Assembly: GCA_964005815.1 (NCBI GenBank)
Contig: CAXFSR010000003.1
Coordinates: forward strand, 1 to 59,213
Reading direction: 5' to 3'
Length of the DNA stretch: 59,213 nucleotides
From: an uncultured Nitrospinaceae bacterium
GTDB lineage: Bacteria; UBA8248
Made by a program: the position numbers and the translations under genes
Notes under the pieces: model-generated
Database searches by the model: none
What the model was told of the DNA's origin: nothing
Seen by the model: the letters and a program-made list of their open reading frames with translations, nothing else
In this document: positions 9,771 through 19,916 of the stretch, one piece after another
Layout: each line of letters starts with the position of its first letter
Position numbering within the stretch: position 1 is the first letter of the stretch

Positions 9771-12700
9771 TTGAATTTACCGAGTTCGTGTGTGAAGAAT
9801 CCTGTTACCACAATGGTTTTTGTGATCCTTGCTGTTTTATTTGGCCTAATAAGCCTTTATCGTATTCCTGTCCAGATGAAACCAACGATAGATAGACCCG
9901 TAATAACTGTAGATACAGGTTATAAAGGTGCTGCTCCACTAGAGGTTGAAGAGGAGGTCACAAAAGGAATAGAGAAAAGACTTACCTCTGTAGAGGGTCT
10001 ATCAAGAATGACGTCCACAAGTCAAGAAGGACGCTCTAGGGTAATTCTAGAGTTTGATTGGGGTACTAATAAAAATGTTGCAAGACTGGATGTTTCTGAA
10101 AAGCTTGGTCTAGTCAGGAATTTACCTGATGATTCTGATAAACCTATCGTAAAAGCAGTTAATTCTGATTCACAAAGACCAATCGCTTGGATAATGTTAA
10201 GAACGGACCTTCCTTTAAACAATGTCCTCATGGTTGCAGATGATGAAATTCGGCCAAAATTTGAAAGAATAGATGGAGTTGGTTCAGTTCGCTTATATGG
10301 AGGCTCTAGACGCGAAGTAAGAGTTACTATGGATTATGAAGCTATGAGTGCAAGGGGAATAACAGTTCGTTCTTTGCGTGATGCCTTGATTAAGGAAAAT
10401 CAAAATACAAAAGGTGGCAAGATAGATGAAGGCAAGAGAAGATATGCAGTAAGAACAATTGGAAATTTTACAAATCTTTCTCAACTAAAAAGTGTTATTG
10501 TTGCCCGTACTTCCTCCGGACCGGTATACCTTAGAGACATAGCAGACGTAAATTTTGATTATGCGGAACCCTCTAGAAAGATTCGTCAAAACGGGAAGCC
10601 TGCTTTAGGATTTGGTATTTTAAGAAAAACTGGTGCTAATACAGTTGCGGTAATGAAAAGAGTAAGAAAAGTAATTCAAGAAGTGAATATGAGATACAGT
10701 GGAAGAGATATTCGTTTAAAACAAGTATACGATGAGACTAAATATATTGACCAATCACGAAATCTAGTTACTAACAATATTTATGTTGGTGGAACTCTTG
10801 CCATCACTATTTTATTGATTTTCCTTGGAAGTATCTCTGGAATTTTAGTAGTGGGAATAGCTATTCCTGTTGCAGTGATAGCTACTTTTATATTTATATT
10901 TATTTTAGATAGATCTATGAATATTATTTCATTAGCAGGTCTTGCTTTCGCTGTTGGTATGGTAGTGGATAATTCCATAGTAGTTTTGGAAAATATCTTT
11001 CGTCACAAGGAAATGGGAAAATCAAGTTGGAATGCGTCTATAGATGGTGCTACAGAGGTATGGGGTGCAGTATTAGCCTCTACACTTACGACCTTGGCTG
11101 TGTTTATACCTATTATTTTTCTGCAAGATGAATCCGGACAACTTTTTAAGGATATTGCAATTGCAATAAGTGCTGCTGTTGGAATTTCTCTAGTAGTTTC
11201 CGTTACGGTTGTTCCAATGTTAACTTCAAGGTTTTTAAAATCATCTCAATTAGACAATGTTTTATTAAAGATTTTTACTTTGCTCCAATTGTATGTGATA
11301 GGCAGATTTTTACAGAGGTTGTATATTTCTATTTTACGTTGGTTTATGCGTGGAGTTTTAAAAAGGATATGTGTTGTATTGCTCATAACTATTGGAGCTG
11401 TATTAATTGCTTGGAAATATTTTCCTCCGATTGATTATTTGCCAAAAGGGAATAGAAATCTTTTTTTTGTTTTCTTAAGAATGCCACCCGGTCTTAATTT
11501 AAATAAAGTTGATGGAATAATTAACAAATTAGAAAAAAAGTTTCAAAAATTAGAGGAACTTGATCGTTTTTTTGCGGTAATCCGAGTTCAAAGACCTATT
11601 GTTGGACTGGTAGCAAAAGAAAAATATTCTAATCTCAAATCAATGAGACAACTCAACAAAAAACTTTTTCGAATGGTACAGGGTATTCCGGGAGTAAGAG
11701 CATTTGTAACTCAAGCTTCACTGTTTCGCCGAAGAGGATCTGGTTTTATAGGTGGTATAAATCTTCATGTAGATATTACAGGTAATAGTTTGCGGGAAAT
11801 TCAAAGAATTTCTAGTGATGTAGGTGAAAGTTCTAAGAAATTAAAGGGTGTTCGTTTTGTTAATAGTAGTTTTGATCTTGGTAGTCCAGAACTGCAGGTT
11901 CATGTTGATCGAGAAAAAGCCGCTAATTTAGGAATATCAGTAAGTGAATTAGGAGATCTTGTTGAAACACTGGTGAATGGGACAAGAGCAGGTTTGTTTT
12001 TTGACGAGGGAGAAGAGTTAAATATTATACTACGTGATCAGACAACTAATTTTTCAAAAACACAACAACTTTCCAAAATTAAGATAAATGAAAAAAGTGG
12101 GAACATTGTTGAATTGCGTGATATTGCTGAAATACGTCCTGCTTTAGGTCCTACAAAAATAGAGCATATAGATAGAGATCGTTCTTTGAGTATTACTGTT
12201 AATATAGGAGAAGATTTACCTCTACAAATAGCCATTGATCGAATGAAGAAAAAGGTTATAAATCCTATTCGAAAGAAATTGCCTCTTGGATATTCTGTTA
12301 ACGTTGCGGGAAGAGCAAAAGATTTAGAACGAACTTGGGATTCTCTTAAATGGTCATTTTTACTTGCTCTATTTATAACGTATCTTTTGATGGCAGCATT
12401 ATTTGAAGCTTGGAGTTATCCACTCATTATTATGTTTAGTGTTCCATTTGCGACCACAGGAGGAATTTTATTAGTCTCTTTTGTGAATTCTATCGAATCT
12501 TCTGTAAAAATGGATACCTTGACGATGCTTGGGTTTATAATTCTGACTGGTATTGTCGTGAATAATGCAATTCTGTTGGTTCATCAATCCTTAAATCATT
12601 TTCGTTCGGGCATGCAAATGAAAGATGCTATTTTGGAAAGTTGTAAAGATAGAATGCGTCCGATTTTTATGACAACTATGACTACTGTTTTTGGAATGCT

Positions 12701-12866
12701 ACCACTAGTAACTTCTACTGGTTCAGGAAGTGAATTATATAGAGGATTAGGTTCTGCAGTTCTCGGAGGATTAGCAACATCGGCTTTATTTACGCTAATC
12801 TTAATTCCTGTTATTTTTTCTCTATGGGTCGATTTTGTTTCAAAGGTTACAAGCAAAAAAATTTAA
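9771..12866 (+). CDS. RND efflux transporter permease (AcrB/AcrD/AcrF family)
   Basis: 1031 aa; GMVVDNSIVVLENI, GIVVNNAILL, RMRPIFMTTMTTVFGMLPL. Confidence 0.95.
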   Translation: MNLPSSCVKNPVTTMVFVILAVLFGLISLYRIPVQMKPTIDRPVITVDTGYKGAAPLEVEEEVTKGIEKRLTSVEGLSRMTSTSQEGRSRVILEFDWGTNKNVARLDVSEKLGLVRNLPDDSDKPIVKAVNSDSQRPIAWIMLRTDLPLNNVLMVADDEIRPKFERIDGVGSVRLYGGSRREVRVTMDYEAMSARGITVRSLRDALIKENQNTKGGKIDEGKRRYAVRTIGNFTNLSQLKSVIVARTSSGPVYLRDIADVNFDYAEPSRKIRQNGKPALGFGILRKTGANTVAVMKRVRKVIQEVNMRYSGRDIRLKQVYDETKYIDQSRNLVTNNIYVGGTLAITILLIFLGSISGILVVGIAIPVAVIATFIFIFILDRSMNIISLAGLAFAVGMVVDNSIVVLENIFRHKEMGKSSWNASIDGATEVWGAVLASTLTTLAVFIPIIFLQDESGQLFKDIAIAISAAVGISLVVSVTVVPMLTSRFLKSSQLDNVLLKIFTLLQLYVIGRFLQRLYISILRWFMRGVLKRICVVLLITIGAVLIAWKYFPPIDYLPKGNRNLFFVFLRMPPGLNLNKVDGIINKLEKKFQKLEELDRFFAVIRVQRPIVGLVAKEKYSNLKSMRQLNKKLFRMVQGIPGVRAFVTQASLFRRRGSGFIGGINLHVDITGNSLREIQRISSDVGESSKKLKGVRFVNSSFDLGSPELQVHVDREKAANLGISVSELGDLVETLVNGTRAGLFFDEGEELNIILRDQTTNFSKTQQLSKIKINEKSGNIVELRDIAEIRPALGPTKIEHIDRDRSLSITVNIGEDLPLQIAIDRMKKKVINPIRKKLPLGYSVNVAGRAKDLERTWDSLKWSFLLALFITYLLMAALFEAWSYPLIIMFSVPFATTGGILLVSFVNSIESSVKMDTLTMLGFIILTGIVVNNAILLVHQSLNHFRSGMQMKDAILESCKDRMRPIFMTTMTTVFGMLPLVTSTGSGSELYRGLGSAVLGGLATSALFTLILIPVIFSLWVDFVSKVTSKKI

Positions 12867-13654
12867 TTTTCTTCCAAGAAAGAATCTACGGCATTATTCC
12901 ATTCTGCATGACTTCTCCTGTAACTATAATGTCCTCCTTCATCTAAAATCACTAATCTGGAATCAGAAATTCTAGATTGTAAATCTTCAGCAAAATATGG
13001 AGGAGTAAGAGCATCATCTTTTGCAGCAATTATTAAAGAAGGTTTTTTGATAAGGTGTAGTTCTGAAAGACGGTCATGAGATAATGTCATATCAAGTCTT
13101 GCAGAGATTACTTCAACAGAACCAATGGTTTCTTTTTGTTTTGCTTCTAATTCAAGTAAATTGTCATACATGTTCTTGAATTGTGTCCAACCAGCAGTCC
13201 AAAGAGAACTGAATTTAATATATTCTTCTCTTCCATACGATTCAGCAATATGTTTTCTGGATGTTTGAACCCGAGTCATGTATGCGTCTGCTTTTGTCCA
13301 CGTGTTAGAGAAAATACATGCTTTAATTCTATCTGGATAATCTAATGCTAGATTTTGCAAAACACATCCACCAGTTGAAGTGCCTGCAACGAAAGCTTTA
13401 TCGATACCTAATGTATCCATAAGTGCAATCGCATCTTTTGCAATTAAATCTGTTGAGTAAGCATTTAAAGGTTTGTCGCTTTCTCCAGTACCTCTGTGAT
13501 CAAAAGAGATGCAACGGTATTTCTTTGCAAAATGAGGAATTTGGAAATCCCATGCATCTAAAATTCCAGTGAGCCCAGGAATAAATAAAAAAGCATCTCC
13601 CTCGCCTGAGTCAGAGTAATTTATAAAAAGCTCTCCTGCTTTGATTCGTGTCAT
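12863..13654 (-). CDS. Alpha/beta hydrolase (RutD/PcaD-like)
   Basis: FDHRGTGES, GTSTGG nucleophile elbow, DALTPP, GGH. Confidence 0.85.
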   Translation of the reverse strand: MTRIKAGELFINYSDSGEGDAFLFIPGLTGILDAWDFQIPHFAKKYRCISFDHRGTGESDKPLNAYSTDLIAKDAIALMDTLGIDKAFVAGTSTGGCVLQNLALDYPDRIKACIFSNTWTKADAYMTRVQTSRKHIAESYGREEYIKFSSLWTAGWTQFKNMYDNLLELEAKQKETIGSVEVISARLDMTLSHDRLSELHLIKKPSLIIAAKDDALTPPYFAEDLQSRISDSRLVILDEGGHYSYRRSHAEWNNAVDSFLEEN

Positions 13655-13674
13655 TTGATTTCCTTTATTTATTA

Positions 13675-14679
13675 TTATGCATCTAGAATTTCTTGAACTT
13701 TCACAGTTCTATTTTCTTTTGCAGACATAACACCTGCCATTATTACAGCAAGAGATTCGACGGCCCTAAATCCATCTACTTCTGGTTTTGAATTTTCTCT
13801 AATGCAATTCGCAAATTCGTCCAGTTCTTCGACGATAGTATCATTTTTTGTGAAATTCACATGGCTAGGAGATTCTTCTCCTCTAGACAGAATGCGCAAA
13901 CCGTCAAAATGATTAAAATATGCGGTAGCAGTTTTTCCATAAATATTCATTAAATAATATTCGGAAGCAGAAGCATAACTTGCTGTTAAATTTGAAAGAG
14001 CGCCATTTTCATGTTCGAGAATTAAGTTAGCAATATCAGGATTTTCACCTGGCAAAACTAATTGAGCCGTTTTTGCAGAAACGGATTTAACTGGTCCCAT
14101 TAAGAATTCAAGAACGTCTACATAATGTATTCCTATTTGGAGCATGACACCTCCAGGCATACCTTCTGACTCATATCTCCAGTGTCCAAGTTCAAATTGG
14201 CCTTCCCGGTCTCTACTAATATTACATTCAGCTTGTACCATCTTTCCAAAATTTCCCTTTTCAATTTCCTTTTTTATCCATCTGAATTGATTCTCTCTTC
14301 TTCTTTGGTACCCGATAGATAAGACAATATTTTCCCTTGTACAAATTTCAGCAATTTTTTTTCCATCTTTTATATTGTGCGCTATAGGTTTATCAAGAAA
14401 AACATGTTTTTTAGATATTGCTGCCTTTTCAGTTGTTTCAAGGTGTACATGATTGGGTGTTGTATTTATGATTGCTTCTATAGAATCGTCCTGAAGTATT
14501 TCTTCGTAACTAGAAGCAGCACTACAATTGTATTTTTCTGCAAATTTTTCTCTTTTTTCTTCAGAACGACTGTAACAACTTACTATGTCTAGTTTGTTTG
14601 TTTTTTTAATCGCATCAGCCAAAACATCTGACCACCATCCCATTCCCAAACTTGCTACACGAACTGGTTTAGAACTCAT
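13675..14679 (-). CDS. Gfo/Idh/MocA family oxidoreductase
   Basis: GMGWW, TPNHVH, KHVFLDKPIA, GYQRR, GGVMLQIGIHYVD. Confidence 0.9.
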   Translation of the reverse strand: MSSKPVRVASLGMGWWSDVLADAIKKTNKLDIVSCYSRSEEKREKFAEKYNCSAASSYEEILQDDSIEAIINTTPNHVHLETTEKAAISKKHVFLDKPIAHNIKDGKKIAEICTRENIVLSIGYQRRRENQFRWIKKEIEKGNFGKMVQAECNISRDREGQFELGHWRYESEGMPGGVMLQIGIHYVDVLEFLMGPVKSVSAKTAQLVLPGENPDIANLILEHENGALSNLTASYASASEYYLMNIYGKTATAYFNHFDGLRILSRGEESPSHVNFTKNDTIVEELDEFANCIRENSKPEVDGFRAVESLAVIMAGVMSAKENRTVKVQEILDA

Positions 14680-14690
14680 AAAGAATACTC

Positions 14691-16181
14691 CTAATTTGAA
14701 AGTTTTTTTCTTCTACGAAAAAATATAGGCCATAATATAGAAATAGCGGACAAACACAAAAAGAAAACACTAATCGGAGATGTAAAGAAAATTGAAATAT
14801 CTCCTTGAGATGAAGTTAAAGCAATTCTCAAGTGTTCTTCAAGTTGTTTGCCTAGTACTAAAGCTAAAAGAAGAGGAACTACTGGCATATCCAGCCATTT
14901 CATAAAAAGACCTAATAAACCGAAGGAAAACATAATGTAAACATCAAAAAAAGAATTGCGTAGGGCAAAACTTCCAACAACACAAAGAACGGCAATAATT
15001 GGAAGAAGTAAAGATTTAGGTGTTTTTAATAACTTAATAAGCAATGGTAAGGTTGACATTGCTATTAAAAGATTAAAAAGGTTAGCCCAAAAGAAAGAAA
15101 AAATTACAGAATATGCAAAAGGTGCTTGTTCCATAAAGAGAAGTGGTCCTGGGGCAAGACCGTGTACTAGAAGAGCACCTATTAAGATAGCTGTTACAGG
15201 ATCTCCAGGTATTCCCAAAGTCATCATTGGAATTAATGCTCCACCACATACTGCGTTATTAGCAGACTCAGGCGCTGCAATACCCTCAACACAACCTTCA
15301 CCAAATTGTTTGGGGTTTTTGTTTATTTTTTTTGCATAGTCATAACTTAAGAATGCCGCAATAGGTCCTCCTGCTCCAGGAAGAATGCCAATAAAAGTTC
15401 CCAAAAAAGAACCTATTAAAATAGGAAATCTCATGATTTTGAAATTCATTAAAGAAGGGAGGAGGTCTTTTAGTTTTGAATCCTTTGTTTTGTGATTAAA
15501 GTTTTTTACTGAACTACTCAAATTATCCGCAAGTTGAGGGATTGCAAATAGTCCAATTAGCGCCGTTAGAAAGTGAATTCCTGAGAGCAAATCTGGATTG
15601 CCAAAAGTAAATCTTTCTGTTCCCATGACTGGATCCTGACCTACTGAAACAAATAATAAGCCTATTATTCCAGATAGTAATCCTTTTATTATGGATTTAG
15701 CTGCAAAGCTGCATATTACGGATAAGCCAAAAAAAACCAAACTAAACAAATCGGGTGCTCTAAATGAAAGAGCAACTTCTGCTAGTTCTGGTGCAATAAA
15801 ATAGAGGCAGATAAAACTAAATAGACCTCCTAGAAAACTTGATATAATGGCAGTACTAAGAGCCACATCTGCTTTTCCGCTGTTTGCCATTGGATATCCA
15901 TCTAGAGCTGTAGCAGAGGCTGATGGTGTCCCAGGAATTTTTAGTAGTATTGCAGAAAAACTACCTCCCATCATTCCACCTGCATAAAGACCGAGTAATA
16001 AAGATATAGAAATAGAGGGAGGCAAAACAAAAGTTAAAGGTAAAACAATAATGATCCCTGCGCTTATAGTCATTCCAGGTATCATTCCAACGATTAAGCC
16101 AATAAATGATCCCGTACAAGTAGCTAAAAGACTTAGTATTTGAGCAGATTTTATAAAACCTTCATAAACATCGGGATTCAT
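14691..16181 (-). CDS. tctA: Tripartite tricarboxylate transporter large permease
   Basis: AILLKIPGTPSASATALDGYPMA, GILPGAG, APESANNA, LGIPGD. Confidence 0.93.
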   Translation of the reverse strand: MNPDVYEGFIKSAQILSLLATCTGSFIGLIVGMIPGMTISAGIIIVLPLTFVLPPSISISLLLGLYAGGMMGGSFSAILLKIPGTPSASATALDGYPMANSGKADVALSTAIISSFLGGLFSFICLYFIAPELAEVALSFRAPDLFSLVFFGLSVICSFAAKSIIKGLLSGIIGLLFVSVGQDPVMGTERFTFGNPDLLSGIHFLTALIGLFAIPQLADNLSSSVKNFNHKTKDSKLKDLLPSLMNFKIMRFPILIGSFLGTFIGILPGAGGPIAAFLSYDYAKKINKNPKQFGEGCVEGIAAPESANNAVCGGALIPMMTLGIPGDPVTAILIGALLVHGLAPGPLLFMEQAPFAYSVIFSFFWANLFNLLIAMSTLPLLIKLLKTPKSLLLPIIAVLCVVGSFALRNSFFDVYIMFSFGLLGLFMKWLDMPVVPLLLALVLGKQLEEHLRIALTSSQGDISIFFTSPISVFFLCLSAISILWPIFFRRRKKLSN

Positions 16182-16200
16182 TTAACGCCTTTTAGTTGAA

Positions 16201-16635
16201 TTAATTTGGAAGATAGATTGAAAAAATGTTTTGAAATAAATAAAAAATAAAAAAAGGAATTGAGACTGAAAAAATTGAGATGTAAAAAAATCGTTTTTCT
16301 GATGTTAGATACATAAAGCCTGCAAAGAAAAAAGGAGTAATGAAGAGAAAGCCAGTGATAGGCAAAAGTAAAATATAAAAAAACATTAACAAAATTAGCG
16401 TAAAAATCTTTTCTCCAAAAATTTCTTTATCTTCCTCATTTTCATTTTTATAGAACAAATTTTTGCAAAGAAGTAAAATAGAAAGAATAAGAAAGCAAAT
16501 AGCTATGACCCATGGAAAGAAAGATGGGCCAGGTGTATTTGGAAGAGTTCTGATCGGAAGCCAAAAGGTCAAATACGAATACCCTATGCCAACGACAAGA
16601 AATGCAATAGATGAAATTAAATTTTTTTTACGCAT
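16201..16635 (-). CDS. tctB: Tripartite tricarboxylate transporter small subunit
   Basis: Small 4-TM protein with PGPSFFP and a C-terminal LP; lies between tctC and tctA. ATG 16635 or TTG 16641. Confidence 0.85.
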   Translation of the reverse strand: MRKKNLISSIAFLVVGIGYSYLTFWLPIRTLPNTPGPSFFPWVIAICFLILSILLLCKNLFYKNENEEDKEIFGEKIFTLILLMFFYILLLPITGFLFITPFFFAGFMYLTSEKRFFYISIFSVSIPFFIFYLFQNIFSIYLPN

Positions 16636-16644
16636 TTTCAAAAG

Positions 16645-16679
16645 ATAACCGTCCTCTTTTTTCTCGAGAGGACGGTTAT
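16645..16679 (-). terminator. Intercistronic hairpin between tctC and tctB
   Basis: Perfect 13-bp inverted repeat ATAACCGTCCTCT / AGAGGACGGTTAT with a 9-nt loop. Confidence 0.7.
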
Positions 16680-16692
16680 ATTCTTTTTAGGA

Positions 16693-17667
16693 TTATTTTT
16701 TTCTTTTTGATTGATAAATTCCAGCTTGTTTCATCACTCTAGCAACAATTGAATTTTGAGATTTTAGATAAACTTCAAATGCAGGAGAGTCCATTGGTGC
16801 AATAGTAAAACCCTTCTTTTTACTAAGTGCAGTAAAGGCCTTTGATCTAGCAGAACGCATCATTGCGTTAGCAATTTTTGCTTTTATTATAGCAGGGGTT
16901 CCTTTTGGGACTGTTAGACCCCTAAAAAATTCCATTTCTGCATTAAATCCAAGTTCTTTTGCAGTTGGAACCTTAGGAATAACTTTATTTCTTTTGGCAC
17001 CAGGTATGACTAAAATGCGAATTTTCTTAGCTTTTGCTAACCTTGCGGCACCTGTCAGAGGAGCTACCATTGCATGTGCTTCACCACTTAAAACTGAAGC
17101 ATTTCTTCTCTTAATACCAACAGGGAGATGTATTACTTTACAATTTGTTGCGGTAGTAAGAACTACAGCTCCTAAATGTGTACTACTTCCAGTTCCTGAA
17201 TTTGCAATTTTAATTTTACGAGGATTTTTTTGGCAATCTTGGACAAATTCTTGGAAAGAATTCCATTTAGCATCTGCTCTAACAGCCAAAGGAAGTGGTT
17301 GCATTTCAACGCGGCCTACATGGTCCATAGCATTATATTTAAATGGGACATTACCAATATTAGTAGTTGTTAAAACTGAAGTTGAATTCCATGCAATTGT
17401 ATATCCATCGGGTTTTGCATTTTTAACAAAAGTGTAGGTAACTGCACCGCCTGCACCTGGTTTATTTATAGGAACAACTGGAACGCCTAAAATCTTAGAC
17501 ATTCCTTTTGCGAGAAGTCTTCCTTCTATATCAGCACCACCACCGGCTCCAAACGGTATAATAAATTTAATCGGTTTGTTTGGATATTCTGCATACGAAC
17601 TTTGGGTAAATGTAAGCAAAGCTAAGACAAAAAGTATAATTGGCAAAAGTGAAAGATATTTTTTCAT
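16693..17667 (-). CDS. tctC: Tripartite tricarboxylate transporter substrate-binding protein (Bug/TctC)
   Basis: YPNKPIKFIIPFGAGGGAD, NKPGAGG, KPDGYT, VPTAKELG; ATG 17667 has a GGAG RBS and starts a signal peptide. Confidence 0.93.
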   Translation of the reverse strand: MKKYLSLLPIILFVLALLTFTQSSYAEYPNKPIKFIIPFGAGGGADIEGRLLAKGMSKILGVPVVPINKPGAGGAVTYTFVKNAKPDGYTIAWNSTSVLTTTNIGNVPFKYNAMDHVGRVEMQPLPLAVRADAKWNSFQEFVQDCQKNPRKIKIANSGTGSSTHLGAVVLTTATNCKVIHLPVGIKRRNASVLSGEAHAMVAPLTGAARLAKAKKIRILVIPGAKRNKVIPKVPTAKELGFNAEMEFFRGLTVPKGTPAIIKAKIANAMMRSARSKAFTALSKKKGFTIAPMDSPAFEVYLKSQNSIVARVMKQAGIYQSKRKK

Positions 17668-17730
17668 TTTCTTCTCCGTTTCATTAGGAATGTAAAATGG
17701 TTTCATTCTCACTTTACTAAGTTTTAGAAA

Positions 17731-18177
17731 TTAGTCAATTTCTTCTTTTGCTCCAATTGCATCTAAGGCGGCTTTTGCAATAATTTCATCTTGTTCCCAA
17801 TTTCCACCACTCACTCCTATTCCTCCAGAACATTCTCCTTCAAAAATGATCGGGAATCCACCTTCCATTGCAGTCCACCTTTCTGGACCAGCAGCAAGAG
17901 CAAGACCGATTGCATGTAACGTGTCCATGTGTTGTCCTTGTGCTCCTTGTGTTGTTGTTGGTCTTTTGTTAGAAGCAGCACAAACAGCTTTTGTTGTAGA
18001 TGAATGTTGTGTATGAAAACGACCACCGTCCATACGTTCATATAAAATCAAATGTCCACCTTCATCCACTATCGCTACTGCTGCGGGTATTCCAAATTCT
18101 TCCGCTTTTTCTATTGCAGCAGACATCATCTTTTTTGCTCCTTGGTTAGTAAGACGATTTATCTTTTTGAAAGACAT
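17731..18177 (-). CDS. GlcG/HbpS family heme-binding protein
   Basis: AVAIVDEGGHL...RMDG, KAVCAA, GGFPI...GGIGVSG...DEIIA. Confidence 0.88.
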   Translation of the reverse strand: MSFKKINRLTNQGAKKMMSAAIEKAEEFGIPAAVAIVDEGGHLILYERMDGGRFHTQHSSTTKAVCAASNKRPTTTQGAQGQHMDTLHAIGLALAAGPERWTAMEGGFPIIFEGECSGGIGVSGGNWEQDEIIAKAALDAIGAKEEID

Positions 18178-18298
18178 AAAAAAACTCCCTTTTATTTTTT
18201 TTTGTATAGATTAAATCTTATTTATAGAAGTATCCTTAAATTAAATAATTTTTTAAGAACGTGGAATAGATCATAACAATTTTATAGGGTTAAGAAAA

Positions 18299-19084
18299 TT
18301 GATAGAAAAAGAAACAGATATACAAACTTTTGTAGAGAATATAACAAAACAGGCAGGATTATTGGCCTTAGAATTTTACGGAAAGGTATCTAAAGAAAGG
18401 AAAGAAGACAGCATTGTATCAGAAGCGGATAGAACTGTTGAAAATTTTTTAGTTTCCGAGATTCTTAAAAAATTTCCGGAAGATTATATCCTAATGGAAG
18501 AGCATGGTTCACAAGGGATTTTTAATTACGACAAATCTCAAAGATGGTGGGCCATTGATCCAATTGATGGGACTGGCCCATTTTTGTCAAACCTCCCTTT
18601 TTGGTCAGTTTCGGTTGCAATGTTGCAAGGTTCCGAAGTTGTCTGTTCCTCATTGAATATCCCAATTTTAGGTATGTTTTTTTCTTCAAGGAAAGAAGGA
18701 AGGACGACTTTAAATGGCAATAATCTTTCCAATTTAAGTAAAAATGTTAGGGATGAATTTGATTTTTCGTTTGTTCCTTGTAGTCCTGTGGATGGATTAT
18801 CAATTGAATATCCCGGCAAGAGGCTAGCTCTTGCCGCATCTTCAGTACATATTGCATTTGTCGCATGTGGTTCAGCTAAGGGTGCTATAGTTGAACCCAA
18901 TAGAGCTTACGATATTGCAGCGGCTTCTCTTATTTTGGAACAAGTAGGTGGTTGTATTAGATATTTAGATGGTAGAGAGATTGATTTTGCAAAGCTACAT
19001 GAAGGCCAAAAAATGGAAACTCCGGTAATTGCTTGTCATCCTGAAGAATTTTCTTTTTTTCAAAATGAGGTTTGTTGGAGATAA
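18299..19084 (+). CDS. Inositol monophosphatase family protein
   Basis: VSEAD, EE, WAIDPIDGT, YDIAAASLI..GG. Confidence 0.88.
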   Translation: MIEKETDIQTFVENITKQAGLLALEFYGKVSKERKEDSIVSEADRTVENFLVSEILKKFPEDYILMEEHGSQGIFNYDKSQRWWAIDPIDGTGPFLSNLPFWSVSVAMLQGSEVVCSSLNIPILGMFFSSRKEGRTTLNGNNLSNLSKNVRDEFDFSFVPCSPVDGLSIEYPGKRLALAASSVHIAFVACGSAKGAIVEPNRAYDIAAASLILEQVGGCIRYLDGREIDFAKLHEGQKMETPVIACHPEEFSFFQNEVCWR

Positions 19085-19088
19085 TTAA

Positions 19089-19907
19089 TTAGATCCACAT
19101 TCCAGAATTTTGTAAAAGTTCGTCTAAAATAAAAGAGACTGAATCTGGTGATTCTAAAGGAGTCATGTGACCGATATGTTCTAAAAGATGAAATGTAGAA
19201 TTTTGAAGACAATTATTTAATTCCTGAAAGTCTTCTTTGGGAATTAAACGGTCTTCTGTTCCACCAATGACGGCGCAAGGAATATTTATTTCTTGAAGTC
19301 TTAAAGAGTGATCTTGGCGAAGTCTAATTGCATTAAGTAATTTTGATACGTTTTCTGGGCTTTGTTTTGAAATAATATCTTCTATTTTTTGTACATTTTC
19401 TGGATTTTTTTTTGCAAAAATTTCTCCAAAAAGTTCAGGAGAAAATTTTTTTGCAAATTTTTTTGTCCCTCTATTAATAATATCGATCATTTGCTCTTCT
19501 CTTTTTTTCATTCCTTCAATGGAATCTGCAGAAGCTCTTGTGCTTAAAAAAGCAGCTGCACGAATAGTACGAGGATTCCGAAGTATCATTTCTAATAAAA
19601 TGTATCCACCCATAGAAAATCCAGCGATTGCTACTGACTTTAAGCTTAAAGTGTTAATAAGAGCACTCATATCATCAGCCATTAATTGAATGCTTACTTC
19701 TTCGAAAGAGTTTCCGGTTAAACCGGAACCTCTCAGATCAGGTGCTATAATCCTATATTTTTTTTCTAAGAGTCTGATTTGATTCTCCCACATTGTATGG
19801 TCTAGAGAGAATCCATGAAGAAGTATTAAAGTGGGTCCGCTTCCTACATCTAAATATGAGATTCGTAGATTATTTGCTAATGTTGATTGCATCTTTTCTT
19901 CCCTCAA
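19089..19907 (-). CDS. Alpha/beta hydrolase
   Basis: LLHGF, PDLRGSG, GFSMGG, GTED, GHMTPLE. Start may be the downstream ATG (MQST). Confidence 0.88.
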   Translation of the reverse strand: MREEKMQSTLANNLRISYLDVGSGPTLILLHGFSLDHTMWENQIRLLEKKYRIIAPDLRGSGLTGNSFEEVSIQLMADDMSALINTLSLKSVAIAGFSMGGYILLEMILRNPRTIRAAAFLSTRASADSIEGMKKREEQMIDIINRGTKKFAKKFSPELFGEIFAKKNPENVQKIEDIISKQSPENVSKLLNAIRLRQDHSLRLQEINIPCAVIGGTEDRLIPKEDFQELNNCLQNSTFHLLEHIGHMTPLESPDSVSFILDELLQNSGMWI

Positions 19908-19916
19908 ATTTTTTAT

